Shown: positions 9,859 through 19,556 of the stretch, in pieces
Numbering within the stretch: position 1 is the first letter of the stretch
Layout of the letters: each line of letters begins with the position of its first letter
Assembly (NCBI GenBank): GCA_036307525.1
Contig: JAXJXL010000025.1
Location: forward strand, 1-33,565
Source: Faecalimonas sp.
GTDB taxonomy: Bacteria; Bacillota; Clostridia; Lachnospirales; Lachnospiraceae
Length of the DNA stretch: 33,565 nt
Direction of reading: 5' to 3'
Notes under the pieces: generated by a model
The model's database searches: none
Told to the model about the DNA's origin: nothing
What the model saw: the letters and a program-made list of their open reading frames with translations, nothing else
Made by a program: the position numbers and the translations under genes

Positions 9859-10755
9859 CTATCTGTAATAAACAAAGAATGGAATGCAAATGGACTGCAA
9901 CTGACACGTATTGCCATTGAGCTTGCCCGTTTGCGCCACTACCATTCGATAAGTTCCTGCTAATGCCTGATTTGCCTTTGCGTTCGAAAGTGTAACCGTA
10001 ACACTTCCGTCATCATTGGAAACAATGTCGCTTTTCAGCGAATCGGCAACCGGTATCTGTACATATCCATCCGCAGACAAATACTCCAGACGCACCGTAT
10101 ACTCCATATCATCAAACATTTTCCTGATGTTCCAACTTAGACTTCCTTTTTCCTCTAAAATAGGTTTGGCTGTTCCCTGTAGAGTCACACCAATGGCTTC
10201 GTCTTCAACTTTTTTAATCTGCAAGTCTACAAGAGTGGTCTCTTTACCCTCTCCGAAGAAATAGAAGCCCAGTGTTGCACTCTGTCCAACTTGTAACAAG
10301 TCATCCGGAAATGCCATCGCAAATATGGTCTCTCCCGTCAATGCGATATAGCCCGTTTCCTGTAGTTGATACTGCTCTACTCCATCGAAGGAATAGCTGG
10401 TTCCCGATGGAAAGGTACTGCCATTCAATGAAATGGCAATCTCATCATATCCTTCCGGATAAGTAAGTTGAACAATCAACGGTGAATTCGGCGAAGGGTG
10501 TTGAAGTAACTTTACTCCTGTTTTACTAGTCACCGGTGTACTTGGAATCTCGCGCCTTGATTTTTCTGCTCCGACAATATCACCGTCAGAAAGTTTCCAC
10601 TGGTAATGTGCATCTGCTTTATACGTTGTCACGCTATATATTTCATTGAGATAACGTGAATATGTATCACGAATACTAAAACAGATTCCCATGAACAGGA
10701 ATAAACACGTCATCGGAATGACCCATATTCGATTGTTCAAAGAAATTCTCTTCAT
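9859..10755 (-). CDS. Secreted protein with SipW-cognate-like signal peptide (298 aa)
   Basis: Basic N-region, hydrophobic helix, then DTYS|RYLNE; beta-rich mature part. Confidence 0.65.
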   Translation of the reverse strand: MKRISLNNRIWVIPMTCLFLFMGICFSIRDTYSRYLNEIYSVTTYKADAHYQWKLSDGDIVGAEKSRREIPSTPVTSKTGVKLLQHPSPNSPLIVQLTYPEGYDEIAISLNGSTFPSGTSYSFDGVEQYQLQETGYIALTGETIFAMAFPDDLLQVGQSATLGFYFFGEGKETTLVDLQIKKVEDEAIGVTLQGTAKPILEEKGSLSWNIRKMFDDMEYTVRLEYLSADGYVQIPVADSLKSDIVSNDDGSVTVTLSNAKANQALAGTYRMVVAQTGKLNGNTCQLQSICIPFFVYYR

Positions 10756-10773
10756 ACCTTATCCTTTCTGCAA

Positions 10774-11352
10774 TTATTCTGTCCTCAATGTTTCTGTAAC
10801 AATAAGTTCTAACAAATTCGGTTCCTTGGCATCTTGCAATTGAAGGACAAAATCCTGAACCGAAGTCTCTCCTTTTTGGGAACCTTCTAATTTCCAAGAA
10901 AGTTCTTCTCCTTCTGAATTGCAAAAAATATACATACTGCCTTCTCCCATCTCTTCATAATGCACCGGCGAATCCTTCATATTGGTTGCAATACCTTTAT
11001 AAGCCCGTTCCACACCATTCTCGCTTTTGACGACCAAATACACATCGGCCTTATCATACTGAGTGCCAATTGTAGAGCCAAGTCGGAGTGTGAAATACGC
11101 ATCTTTTGTATGTCCTTGATTATCTACGGAAAATGCAAAGGACTCGCGTTCATTCTGTGTTGTCCATCCTTTCCCAAATGACACCTTAAACTTTGCTGGC
11201 TCACGCACAAGAAGCGGTATATCCTTAGTGACACTTTGCTGGTACCTTGCATATGCGCTTCCCAGCATAAGAACAACTGTCAAAACCAAAAGAACTGCCG
11301 ACAAAAGTCCGATATACGACCACTTCGATATTGTATTTCTTTTCATCGGCAA
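10774..11352 (-). CDS. Secreted protein with SipW-cognate-like signal peptide (192 aa)
   Basis: Hydrophobic helix ending GSAYA|RYQQS; FAFSVDN motif; SD AAGGGAG with TTG start, or the ATG at 11346. Confidence 0.7.
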   Translation of the reverse strand: MPMKRNTISKWSYIGLLSAVLLVLTVVLMLGSAYARYQQSVTKDIPLLVREPAKFKVSFGKGWTTQNERESFAFSVDNQGHTKDAYFTLRLGSTIGTQYDKADVYLVVKSENGVERAYKGIATNMKDSPVHYEEMGEGSMYIFCNSEGEELSWKLEGSQKGETSVQDFVLQLQDAKEPNLLELIVTETLRTE

Positions 11353-11371
11353 TTTCTCCCTTCCGTAAGTA

Positions 11372-13285
11372 TTAATTAGAAGAAGCCGCTTCTTCTCCCA
11401 CTACCCAATAACCATCTGTATTGGTTGTGTATGTGTATCCTTTCGCCAGATATTTCGTAATATCCGAACTATACTTTCCTCCGGCTATAGATACACTCAC
11501 ATATTTTGAATTCGCTTCAAATACTTGAAGCGCATAAGATTTATTACTCTTCAAAACTGTCTTGTTTCCACTGATATGAAGTAAAATATCTGTGTTATAA
11601 CCTGTTTCCACAAAAATGGCATCTCCGGTATCAGTAAATCCGTTGACTTGTATTTTCGGCTCCTGTTTGTCTCCGGTGCCATGCAAGGTGGTATCTTTAA
11701 TAGTAACACTGCCACCCTTAATAGTTAGTGCCGTATAACCGGTAATAGTACTATCTATGATTCTCATGGAACTTGCTCTCTGAGGATGGTAGATACCTGC
11801 CCAGCCACCACTGACTTCACTTCCGATAATCTCAATATCTGTACCTTTCTGTGTGTCATTACCATTTCCAACAATTGCCATGTTGTCACTTGTAATGGTG
11901 CTGTCCTCAATCAACAGATACGTCTTCCTTGCAGAAGCATCGCCGTTGCCGCGAAGCATGACTGCAACATCACTCACAGCAAGATTACAATCCGTGATTT
12001 TGATTCTGGAATCCATTCCGGCTCCTTTATAGTCCTCAACGTGAACTGCACGTGCCACATTGCTGACTTTCACTTTGCTGAGTGTTACCTCTCCGCCAAC
12101 AGATTGGAATGCCACTCCATTACCTGCACCGACTACATCACCGTTAAGCACAGTAAGCGAGCTTCCTTCCGCTACTTCAACACCGTTCTTGCCGCCTGGT
12201 ACTGTCAACGTTTTGCCGTTTAGGTCTAATACAACCTTTTTAGCATCTGTCACTTGAATCGTGTCAGACAGCGTGAGATTGCCGCCAAGTGTTACCTTGC
12301 CAATGGCACTCGCATTCAGCTGTGTCTCTAGTTCACCTGCTGTCGTCACCTGCACTTCAGCTTCACGTTTCTGCTGACCGGATAACAACAATCGTCCCGA
12401 AAACGAATACTGCTCGCCATCTGTATCACCTTTGCTGATTTGATTATCCCAGCCTGTAGCATATTCGATTTCACTCTTTGTGCAGAGATAGAGCCATATG
12501 CCATATCCACTGTCCTCATCGACTACTACCGGATAATATCCCTTTGCGGTAGGTGTTGTAACTGTTCTGCCTGCATATCCGTCTGTCTCAAATAATTCCT
12601 GTAAGAATTCCGCCTTGGATGTTCCTCCCTCAACAGTCAGCAAATTCCCATTGGAATCAAACATTGCTTTATCGTAATCGTAAACTACCGGACGCATATA
12701 ATCGTCAATTGTTACGCTTCCATTGTCTTGCACACTGCCGGATACATAGTATCCCAACACGTCATATACCCACTCCCACTTCAGATACGCATCACTGTGA
12801 TACGTTTCATTCAGAACAAGAGTATTCTTTCCTAAAACAGTATAGGCATATTCATCGGTTTCATTGACATAAATTCGATCTACTACCTCACCATTGATAA
12901 TCTGGCTGTCATCTACATAGAAGTAGATGCGCTCTCTCATGAGTTCCGACACATTGGCATCTTTGGTTGCATTCACCAAGACTGTGATTGCTTCATCACT
13001 ATCATTCGTAAATTTCAAATTCACAATGCCGGAATCTCCAGGTGCAATCTCCTGTTTCTCTGTCTCTATCTCAATAGCACCCTCGAAATCAAACTTCCAC
13101 GAAGCTGCCTGAAACACTAAGTCATCCGTGTGTACGACATTGCTATACCACGCAACTGTCATTGCAAAGATCAGAACAATCGTAACTACGACTGCCATAC
13201 CTGCCATGCCTGCCTGTTTATATATATTCTCTTTTGCGATTTTCATATAGTCTGGACTATCGTTTCTCTCCTGACTGTTCAACAC
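11372..13285 (-). CDS. SipW-cognate protein: TasA/CalY-like N-domain plus C-terminal beta-helix-like domain (637 aa)
   Basis: AMTVA|WYSN..EIAPGDSGIVNLKFTN; later VTTAGEL..VVLDLNGKTL cap, repeated IxDSTIT(G/S) strands, ending IAGGKYSSD. Exact start uncertain (13285 or 13246). Confidence 0.75.
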   Translation of the reverse strand: MLNSQERNDSPDYMKIAKENIYKQAGMAGMAVVVTIVLIFAMTVAWYSNVVHTDDLVFQAASWKFDFEGAIEIETEKQEIAPGDSGIVNLKFTNDSDEAITVLVNATKDANVSELMRERIYFYVDDSQIINGEVVDRIYVNETDEYAYTVLGKNTLVLNETYHSDAYLKWEWVYDVLGYYVSGSVQDNGSVTIDDYMRPVVYDYDKAMFDSNGNLLTVEGGTSKAEFLQELFETDGYAGRTVTTPTAKGYYPVVVDEDSGYGIWLYLCTKSEIEYATGWDNQISKGDTDGEQYSFSGRLLLSGQQKREAEVQVTTAGELETQLNASAIGKVTLGGNLTLSDTIQVTDAKKVVLDLNGKTLTVPGGKNGVEVAEGSSLTVLNGDVVGAGNGVAFQSVGGEVTLSKVKVSNVARAVHVEDYKGAGMDSRIKITDCNLAVSDVAVMLRGNGDASARKTYLLIEDSTITSDNMAIVGNGNDTQKGTDIEIIGSEVSGGWAGIYHPQRASSMRIIDSTITGYTALTIKGGSVTIKDTTLHGTGDKQEPKIQVNGFTDTGDAIFVETGYNTDILLHISGNKTVLKSNKSYALQVFEANSKYVSVSIAGGKYSSDITKYLAKGYTYTTNTDGYWVVGEEAASSN

Positions 13286-13955
13286 TCTGCTTCACTTCCT
13301 CCAAAACTTCTTTTCTAAGTCGCTCAATCATTTCTTCATATTCTTCCGGTGTTATTACCTGTTCTATAGAGGTATCCTGTATTCCCTGGGAAATGACATC
13401 CAATTCTTTGCGTATCACGTTCACAGAACCCTGCATGATGAAACCTGCTACTAACAGGACCGGAAAAACAATACAAGACAAGAATCCAAGTGGTGTTGTA
13501 ACCACAGAATAGATCTTTGCCAAAATGTTTCCTTCCTTTGTATAAGCACTGACTTCACCAATCAGATTGCTACTCGTAACATAATATCCATCCGATACCG
13601 GATTGGCATCACCGCGCGTTTCCAGATAAGTCTCCCCGTCATTCCCTTCCACCACATCTACAACGCGATGTGTAATTACTTGTCCAAGCATATTAGACTC
13701 CATGGAACGGAAACAAATAATATCGCCTTCTTCCACTTCATCAATATTCACTTCTCTTGAAATCAGAAGTGCGCCTGTTGGAATTGTAGGCTCCATACTA
13801 CCAGTAACAACACGAAAGAGGCTGGTGCCAAACATCGTGACATATCCTTTACTTAATGTCTGTGCAATCACTGTTATGCACATAACTACTGCTATAACCA
13901 AAAGTACTGTTGCTGTTGCATTTATGACTTTTTCTTTTCGATTCATCACTCCCAA
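13257..13955 (-). CDS. sipW: Signal peptidase I, SipW/ER-archaeal type (Ser-His dyad), copy 2
   Basis: N-terminal TM, VVTGSMEPTI (Ser), VITHRVV (His), TRGDAN, second TM, charged C-terminal tail. Confidence 0.9.
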   Translation of the reverse strand: MGVMNRKEKVINATATVLLVIAVVMCITVIAQTLSKGYVTMFGTSLFRVVTGSMEPTIPTGALLISREVNIDEVEEGDIICFRSMESNMLGQVITHRVVDVVEGNDGETYLETRGDANPVSDGYYVTSSNLIGEVSAYTKEGNILAKIYSVVTTPLGFLSCIVFPVLLVAGFIMQGSVNVIRKELDVISQGIQDTSIEQVITPEEYEEMIERLRKEVLEEVKQSVEQSGEKR

Positions 13956-15319
13956 GTACTCCCTGCTAATTCAATACCAATTGCAAAATTCTCTAACGCA
14001 GCCTCCCTCACACAATCTACATCCTGACCTTCCAGCCATACATACATGCGGACTCTCTGAGGTACATTTCGCTCCAAATTAACAATAATGGCATCCCGGG
14101 TTGTGGTTGCTTCCTTCACCTGAGCCATATTCTCTTGTGTGGTTACACTTCCGTCTCCCGCATAATAGAGTTCACGTGTACTGTCACAGAATGCCGCACG
14201 CATGATATAATCAGAATAATTATTCTGCCATGTATCGTAATAAAATTTTTGCATAATTTCTGCTTCCGTTTTGTCAGTCAAATCCTGTTTTAACATCGAA
14301 CTCTGAAAGATTTGACCCAGTAACATTTCCCCGTTGTCTGCTTGTCTCCAACGATTTTTCTTTTGCACGGTCAATATGCTACTGATATTTTTTAATACAG
14401 CCTTACCATTTTCATAACCAATCGGACTGGTAATTGCATACTCACCATCTTGACAAATGGTATATGTTAATCCGTCTTGGGACTGAATGTAGGACACTCC
14501 CACATCATTGTGTTGGTTACCGTTTGGCTCATAAATTGTAAATTGATATTTGGAAATATCTGTTATCGTTTGTCCCGGTTCCTGATAGGTCCCTCTTAAT
14601 GCTCTATAGTCCCCATTATATGCCTTACTTGCCTTATATTGCTGTAAGGTTTTTGTTGCAACCTCATCTGTATTAACCAAAAAACCTACTCTCGCACATG
14701 CTGCCACCTCATCGTTTCCTTCTTCCAAACGATATCCGGTAAGAGTGGATTCATCTTTTACCACTTGTGGGAGTCCAATAACATAACTTCCCTCATGCTG
14801 CGACCCAATCGACACACGCAGATTACAGTCTCTCATCGGCGATACTACCCAAAAGTCCAGGTAGACATAACTACCCTTCTTTCCATCCAAAACGTCCAAT
14901 GTGGATGTTGTAGAAATATTGGCATGAGTAAGTGTATTATCCATGAGATAGTCATCCAGCGAATAGGTTCCTTTCACTTCCATCTCTACTTCGTCGGACG
15001 GCATAAACCAATGAATACCATCTGCTGTAGACACCGGTGTCATACCCGCCAATGAATTCAGATAGTTATAACTTTTATAATCTCCAACATCGAAACTGTC
15101 CTGAAATCTTCCCGGGTAATGAAGTACCTCACCATCCACCACTTCCGTAATATTCGGTGCCATCTGAATCGTATTGGTTCCACCGATATTTATCTCAACA
15201 CCTGTTAATGCCGGTGATCCGGACAAAGTGACCCATGCATAACTTACTGTAACAATAAGTGATATCGTAGCAAGTACCAGAAAGGCAGATGCAATCAATT
15301 TTTGATTCGGTTTTTTCAT
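13946..15319 (-). CDS. SipW-cognate secreted protein, core-domain family (457 aa)
   Basis: Start at the ATG at 15319 (SD GGAGG; ATGA overlap with the upstream stop). VSYA|WVTLSGSPALTG; YVYLDFWV; C-terminal MYVWLEGQDVDC. Confidence 0.8.
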   Translation of the reverse strand: MKKPNQKLIASAFLVLATISLIVTVSYAWVTLSGSPALTGVEINIGGTNTIQMAPNITEVVDGEVLHYPGRFQDSFDVGDYKSYNYLNSLAGMTPVSTADGIHWFMPSDEVEMEVKGTYSLDDYLMDNTLTHANISTTSTLDVLDGKKGSYVYLDFWVVSPMRDCNLRVSIGSQHEGSYVIGLPQVVKDESTLTGYRLEEGNDEVAACARVGFLVNTDEVATKTLQQYKASKAYNGDYRALRGTYQEPGQTITDISKYQFTIYEPNGNQHNDVGVSYIQSQDGLTYTICQDGEYAITSPIGYENGKAVLKNISSILTVQKKNRWRQADNGEMLLGQIFQSSMLKQDLTDKTEAEIMQKFYYDTWQNNYSDYIMRAAFCDSTRELYYAGDGSVTTQENMAQVKEATTTRDAIIVNLERNVPQRVRMYVWLEGQDVDCVREAALENFAIGIELAGSTWE

Positions 15320-17067
15320 CGAATACCAAACCTCCATTTGTTTCCTTGCTTTTCTTCCTTCTTTTGTGCCTGACGTATTTGTCGTTCCATCTTGGCTTGC
15401 TCCAAAGATAACTTCCGCGCTTCTTCATAAGCCTGACGCTCTCTTTGCTTCTCTGCAAGCATTTGTTGGAAATACAATACCTCTTCTAAATAAATGCGAA
15501 CCACTTCCATGTCTCTGGAAATCTGTTCTTGTTCTTCCAAGCGTCGCATACGTTCTTCTTGTTCTAACTCTCTTCTGCGAATACGCTCTTCTTCCTCTAA
15601 TTTGCGACGCTCAGCTTCCTCCATCTGTGCTGCGGCATCCGCAAAATCTGATAACGGCTCGTTAAGAACCTTCCATTTTTCATTTTCTCCCTCACGCTGT
15701 TCCTGTCGCTCCAAAAGTTTGGATTCCAGAAGCGTGATTTCACGGCGGAACAGTTCGCCTCTGCGGCGGTCTTCAATTTCCTGTTCCATACGTACCAAGA
15801 GTGCTTTTCTCTCTTCTTCCTCTTTTTCTGCGCGGAGTCGTGCTTCTTCTGCCTCCTCCATCTCTCGCAGACGTTCTTCTTCCTGACGGCGTTTCTCTTC
15901 CTCTTCCTGTCTCCGTCGTTCCTGCTCCTCGATAATACGAAGCCTTTCGGCCTCTTCTTCCATCATAAGCTGCTCTTTCGTCAACTCTTCAATTAAGACT
16001 TTTCGAATCTCTACATCCGGCAAATCATAATCCTCTGTTAATTCTTCAATAATCTGACGGATTACCTTCGGTTTAAGCTTCCGTTTACGGCTCTTTAATG
16101 GTTCCGCAATTGCGCGTTCCTCTTCTTCTTCCAGATATCCTTTCAGAATAATGTATTGGAACATGATATTGTGATAAATATCCTGTTGAAAACGCTCATC
16201 AATCTGCGGATTCTGCTCGGTCACTTTAATCAGATAACCCACATCATCGTATTTGTGCAGAAATTCCCATAACTTCACAATCTTTTTATAATCCGGATGC
16301 TTCTTCAAGACATTCGTCTTTGTAATATTTCCCTTGACACGATTAATCTGTTTCATCTGCTCTGCAAACTGGCTGTTCATAAAAGTGCCGAGAACACGAT
16401 AGATACGGGAAATACGGTCAAACACTTCCCTGTTCTTTTCGTCTGTCTCAAGAATGTCATCCTTTTCTTTGATATGTAAAAACATATCTAAATGTACCAA
16501 CTCTTTCACATTTTCCATATTTGATGTAACTTTAAGTTTGGCACCATATTCCTCACTCATTGCATCCATCAATGCATTGTGACGAATCTGTACAAAATGA
16601 AACGCATGCTCCAAAACAGTAAATACCAGACGGTTCTCATACAACTCCGTAGAGTCTTCACGGAGCTTTTGCATCAGTCTTGATGGACGCACTTCCCCTG
16701 TCTCTTCATTGAAATTCTCCACCATAGAACCATGCTGTGCCAAGTGTCGCACCACATCAGGCCCTGCTTTCTTGGCATTAGCGACATTCACAATAATCTC
16801 ATCTTCACGGATGATATTACGTGGATTCGATATAATGTTTTGAAAACCTTCCAATGAATCTTCGACTGCATCTACCCAAGATAAATCAACGACCTTCTCC
16901 ACTTTACGGTTCGAAAATTGAAATTCATTCTTCCCTCTGGAAATCGTATCCATAAAGTGCTCGTAAAACTCTGTACTTTCAAGTGTACGAATAATACTTC
17001 GAGAAAACTTCTGATAGATTGGGTCTATTAACATGTCTGAACGTTTCTTGTTATCTGAAGTTGCCAT
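15316..17067 (-). CDS. DUF2357-like (McrC N-terminal-like) protein with a long E/R-rich helical C-terminus and no visible nuclease domain
   Basis: ELYENRLV and KTNVLKKHPDYKKIVKLWEFL resemble DUF2357 motifs (DTxENRF; vLxxxPxYxxxxxxW). Directly downstream of an McrB-like gene; about the last 220 aa are E/R/Q/K-rich. Confidence 0.7.
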   Translation of the reverse strand: MATSDNKKRSDMLIDPIYQKFSRSIIRTLESTEFYEHFMDTISRGKNEFQFSNRKVEKVVDLSWVDAVEDSLEGFQNIISNPRNIIREDEIIVNVANAKKAGPDVVRHLAQHGSMVENFNEETGEVRPSRLMQKLREDSTELYENRLVFTVLEHAFHFVQIRHNALMDAMSEEYGAKLKVTSNMENVKELVHLDMFLHIKEKDDILETDEKNREVFDRISRIYRVLGTFMNSQFAEQMKQINRVKGNITKTNVLKKHPDYKKIVKLWEFLHKYDDVGYLIKVTEQNPQIDERFQQDIYHNIMFQYIILKGYLEEEEERAIAEPLKSRKRKLKPKVIRQIIEELTEDYDLPDVEIRKVLIEELTKEQLMMEEEAERLRIIEEQERRRQEEEEKRRQEEERLREMEEAEEARLRAEKEEEERKALLVRMEQEIEDRRRGELFRREITLLESKLLERQEQREGENEKWKVLNEPLSDFADAAAQMEEAERRKLEEEERIRRRELEQEERMRRLEEQEQISRDMEVVRIYLEEVLYFQQMLAEKQRERQAYEEARKLSLEQAKMERQIRQAQKKEEKQGNKWRFGIR

Positions 17068-17075
17068 GCTATCTC

Positions 17076-18683
17076 CTAGTTATTTTTCTTCAAAAATTCC
17101 ACATATGCCTTACATTCTGCCATGACATTCTTACCAAATGTCTTGTCCAGGTAAGTCTCGAACTGATTTAACTCATCCTTCATAAATCCAAGACTCAAAG
17201 ACTCAAACTTACGAAGAACCTTCTTTGCTACGATAAAATCGACTGCTTCCATCTCCGTACCGCCACATGCAATGTAGCATGGCACATAATCACGAAGCTG
17301 TTTCATAATACGGTTACCAAATGCAAGACGGAAAGTCTTGATGAGGTAAGCGTTCATATCGTCTAATTTTTCTAACACATCTTCTGATATCTGATATGTC
17401 TGTTTCGCCTCATCAAAGAGTTGAATCAAACGATCAGTTGATACATAAGCCGGTGGTGTCGTTTCACATTCAAATGCCTCTGCACGGCTATCCAAGTCGA
17501 TTGGAATTGCACGGTCATATACCTTATCGGCAACGGCAAATGTAGAGTCATCGTTGTTGATTGTTCCGACAAACCATACATTGTTTGGAATATGTACCTT
17601 CCCTTCGTGAATCTGGCATGGGTCATTGTCCCAAGTCGCCGTAACAATATCAATTTGCCATTCCTCTTCACGTGGCATTTCAAGAATCGAGAGCATCTCT
17701 GCAAAGTAATACTCTACTCTCGCAATATTCATCTCATCCAAGATGATAATGTGCGGGTCTCTGAAATAGTTTGCTTCGTAAATTGCACGAAGGAAATCCG
17801 TTTCCGTATATTGCTTGGTAAATTCATTAAAATAACCGTATAACTCTGTACGTTCACGCCATGCAGGCTGAACAGACACTACCGTAGTATCTCTCTGCAC
17901 AAACTTACCGAATGCATACGGCAGAGAAGTCTTACCTGTACCGGAAATACCTTGTAAAATAATAATTCTTGCAGCTCCCATGGATGCCACAAAATGTCTC
18001 ATCATCTTAAGGTCATAGTACAGTCTCAATTGCGACGCAGAGAACAAACGGAATTGCTCACAGAATTCTTCCAAGGTTATCTTGCGATTATATACTGGTG
18101 GCACATAGTTCTTCTTATAGTAGTTATCTACCGCAGTCAGACGGAAAAAACGACTCGCTGAAGGTTCCACACATGGAGACTCAAACGTGTTGCGTTTCCC
18201 TTCTGTATATCCTGCCCCTTCATCCGCAACAGCCAGCTGATTTGACTCCTCCTCCGTATAAAGGGCACCGACTACATCGTTCATATCCACCTGCTCCGGG
18301 TCAAGACCCAGCGAAGCCACTTTCAGTGCCAACAACTTATCTTTTTCATAGTTTGCACGAATCAAATCCCTCTGCAAACTCTGCACCTGTTTAACAAGCG
18401 CATCATACTTCTTACCGGATACACGGAAACGGAATATTCTCTTAAACAATCTGCCCAGCATGATAAACATAGCTACAATTAAGGCAATTAGGAGAATATT
18501 GACAATAAGAAGCGCTATCCAGTCAACGGTTGAAAAATCATTCTCAAATGACTTGATAATCTCCATTCTCATCGGAAAATTCAGTAAATAATTGAGGAAA
18601 TTAAAGAATGCGATAATCACCTCAACAAAAGCACGAAAAACTCTTCCAATATCCTGATAAAAGTATCTAAAAAATTGGTCCAT
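17076..18683 (-). CDS. McrB-like AAA+ NTPase with N-terminal membrane segment(s) and coiled coil
   Basis: Walker A GISGTGKT, VSVQPAW, Walker B IIILDEMNIARVEYYFA, McrB-type GTINNDDST (NxxD), DKVYDRA, FGNR. N-terminal WIALLIVNILLIALIVAMFIML TM helix. Confidence 0.85.
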   Translation of the reverse strand: MDQFFRYFYQDIGRVFRAFVEVIIAFFNFLNYLLNFPMRMEIIKSFENDFSTVDWIALLIVNILLIALIVAMFIMLGRLFKRIFRFRVSGKKYDALVKQVQSLQRDLIRANYEKDKLLALKVASLGLDPEQVDMNDVVGALYTEEESNQLAVADEGAGYTEGKRNTFESPCVEPSASRFFRLTAVDNYYKKNYVPPVYNRKITLEEFCEQFRLFSASQLRLYYDLKMMRHFVASMGAARIIILQGISGTGKTSLPYAFGKFVQRDTTVVSVQPAWRERTELYGYFNEFTKQYTETDFLRAIYEANYFRDPHIIILDEMNIARVEYYFAEMLSILEMPREEEWQIDIVTATWDNDPCQIHEGKVHIPNNVWFVGTINNDDSTFAVADKVYDRAIPIDLDSRAEAFECETTPPAYVSTDRLIQLFDEAKQTYQISEDVLEKLDDMNAYLIKTFRLAFGNRIMKQLRDYVPCYIACGGTEMEAVDFIVAKKVLRKFESLSLGFMKDELNQFETYLDKTFGKNVMAECKAYVEFLKKNN

Positions 18684-18686
18684 AGA

Positions 18687-19505
18687 CTACACCTCTGATG
18701 TTTCTTCCTCTTGCGCTTGCTCCTTCTTCATATCAGCGAGCAGCTCCGCTTTTACTTTCTCGCGAAGTTCTGCTTCAAGCGCAGCTCTCACTTCGTTCTG
18801 TTTCTCTTCCATTCTACGTCTTTCAAGTTCAACCATATCCTCGTTTCTCCCACGTTCCTGCTCGTACTTGATACGGTTCTTTACGTTTTGATACTCAAAT
18901 AATACTCGGAAGAATTGTACTAAATGGTATAAGAAGAATAAAAATACCGGTAATACTACAACTAACAAGAAGCCCGTACTTGTTTGTAAGTAATCGAATA
19001 CTTTACCTATCCCACCGATGCGTACCCAGTATTTACCGACAATTTCCGATTCATGTACTGTCAATGCATCTCCAAAATCGCTGTTATCACCCTTGGTAGC
19101 AAAGATTAGATATCCACCACCATCATAGATTTCCGTAATTCTATGGGTGTTAAGTACCCTCTCTCCATTAATGACTGTCCAGTAAGTAATGACGTCCCCT
19201 GTTTTTAAATCTCCTGCATCCTTAACTGCTGTGTCAAGAATCAAATCGCCCGGCTTAATCTTCGGATACATGGAATCAGTCTGAATTGAAAATGGTCTGA
19301 TTCCAAAAATGCTAGGAACACCGCTGCCCGAAGTTGATACGAATGACACATATGTACAGACTGCAGCAAGTATAATTGCAACAACCAGTATCACATTAAT
19401 AATCGTACTGAGGACTTTATGGTCCTTTTCCACTTCGACCATTTCTCCCTCATATTCCGGCGTCACCAATTCTTGTTCCACTTTGTTTTTTTTGAACAAT
19501 TTCAT
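18687..19505 (-). CDS. sipW: Signal peptidase I, SipW/ER-archaeal type (Ser-His dyad), copy 1
   Basis: TM, PSIFG..IQTDSMYPKI (Ser), LNTHRI (His), TKGDNS, second TM, long charged coiled-coil tail; SD AAGGAGG. Confidence 0.9.
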   Translation of the reverse strand: MKLFKKNKVEQELVTPEYEGEMVEVEKDHKVLSTIINVILVVAIILAAVCTYVSFVSTSGSGVPSIFGIRPFSIQTDSMYPKIKPGDLILDTAVKDAGDLKTGDVITYWTVINGERVLNTHRITEIYDGGGYLIFATKGDNSDFGDALTVHESEIVGKYWVRIGGIGKVFDYLQTSTGFLLVVVLPVFLFFLYHLVQFFRVLFEYQNVKNRIKYEQERGRNEDMVELERRRMEEKQNEVRAALEAELREKVKAELLADMKKEQAQEEETSEV

Positions 19506-19556
19506 AAGTTTCCTCCTTCACTTCTTTCGCTCTATATAAATACAATGACTTGTATC

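Noticed and set aside
9843..9917. ORF-track N-terminal extensions (9917, and likewise 776, 3257, 15337)
   Set aside because: Better SD-supported starts exist at 9842, 725, 3224 and 15319; two of these also remove or shorten overlaps with the upstream gene.
15700..15990. TCTTCC-rich low-complexity DNA as a tandem repeat
   Set aside because: Explained by Glu/Arg-rich helical coding sequence; there is no fixed repeat unit.
15316..18683. Calling this a canonical McrBC restriction system or a CoCoNuT
   Set aside because: No DNA-recognition domain, PD-(D/E)XK or other nuclease, or helicase is visible; it has a TM anchor and sits in a secretion-type operon.
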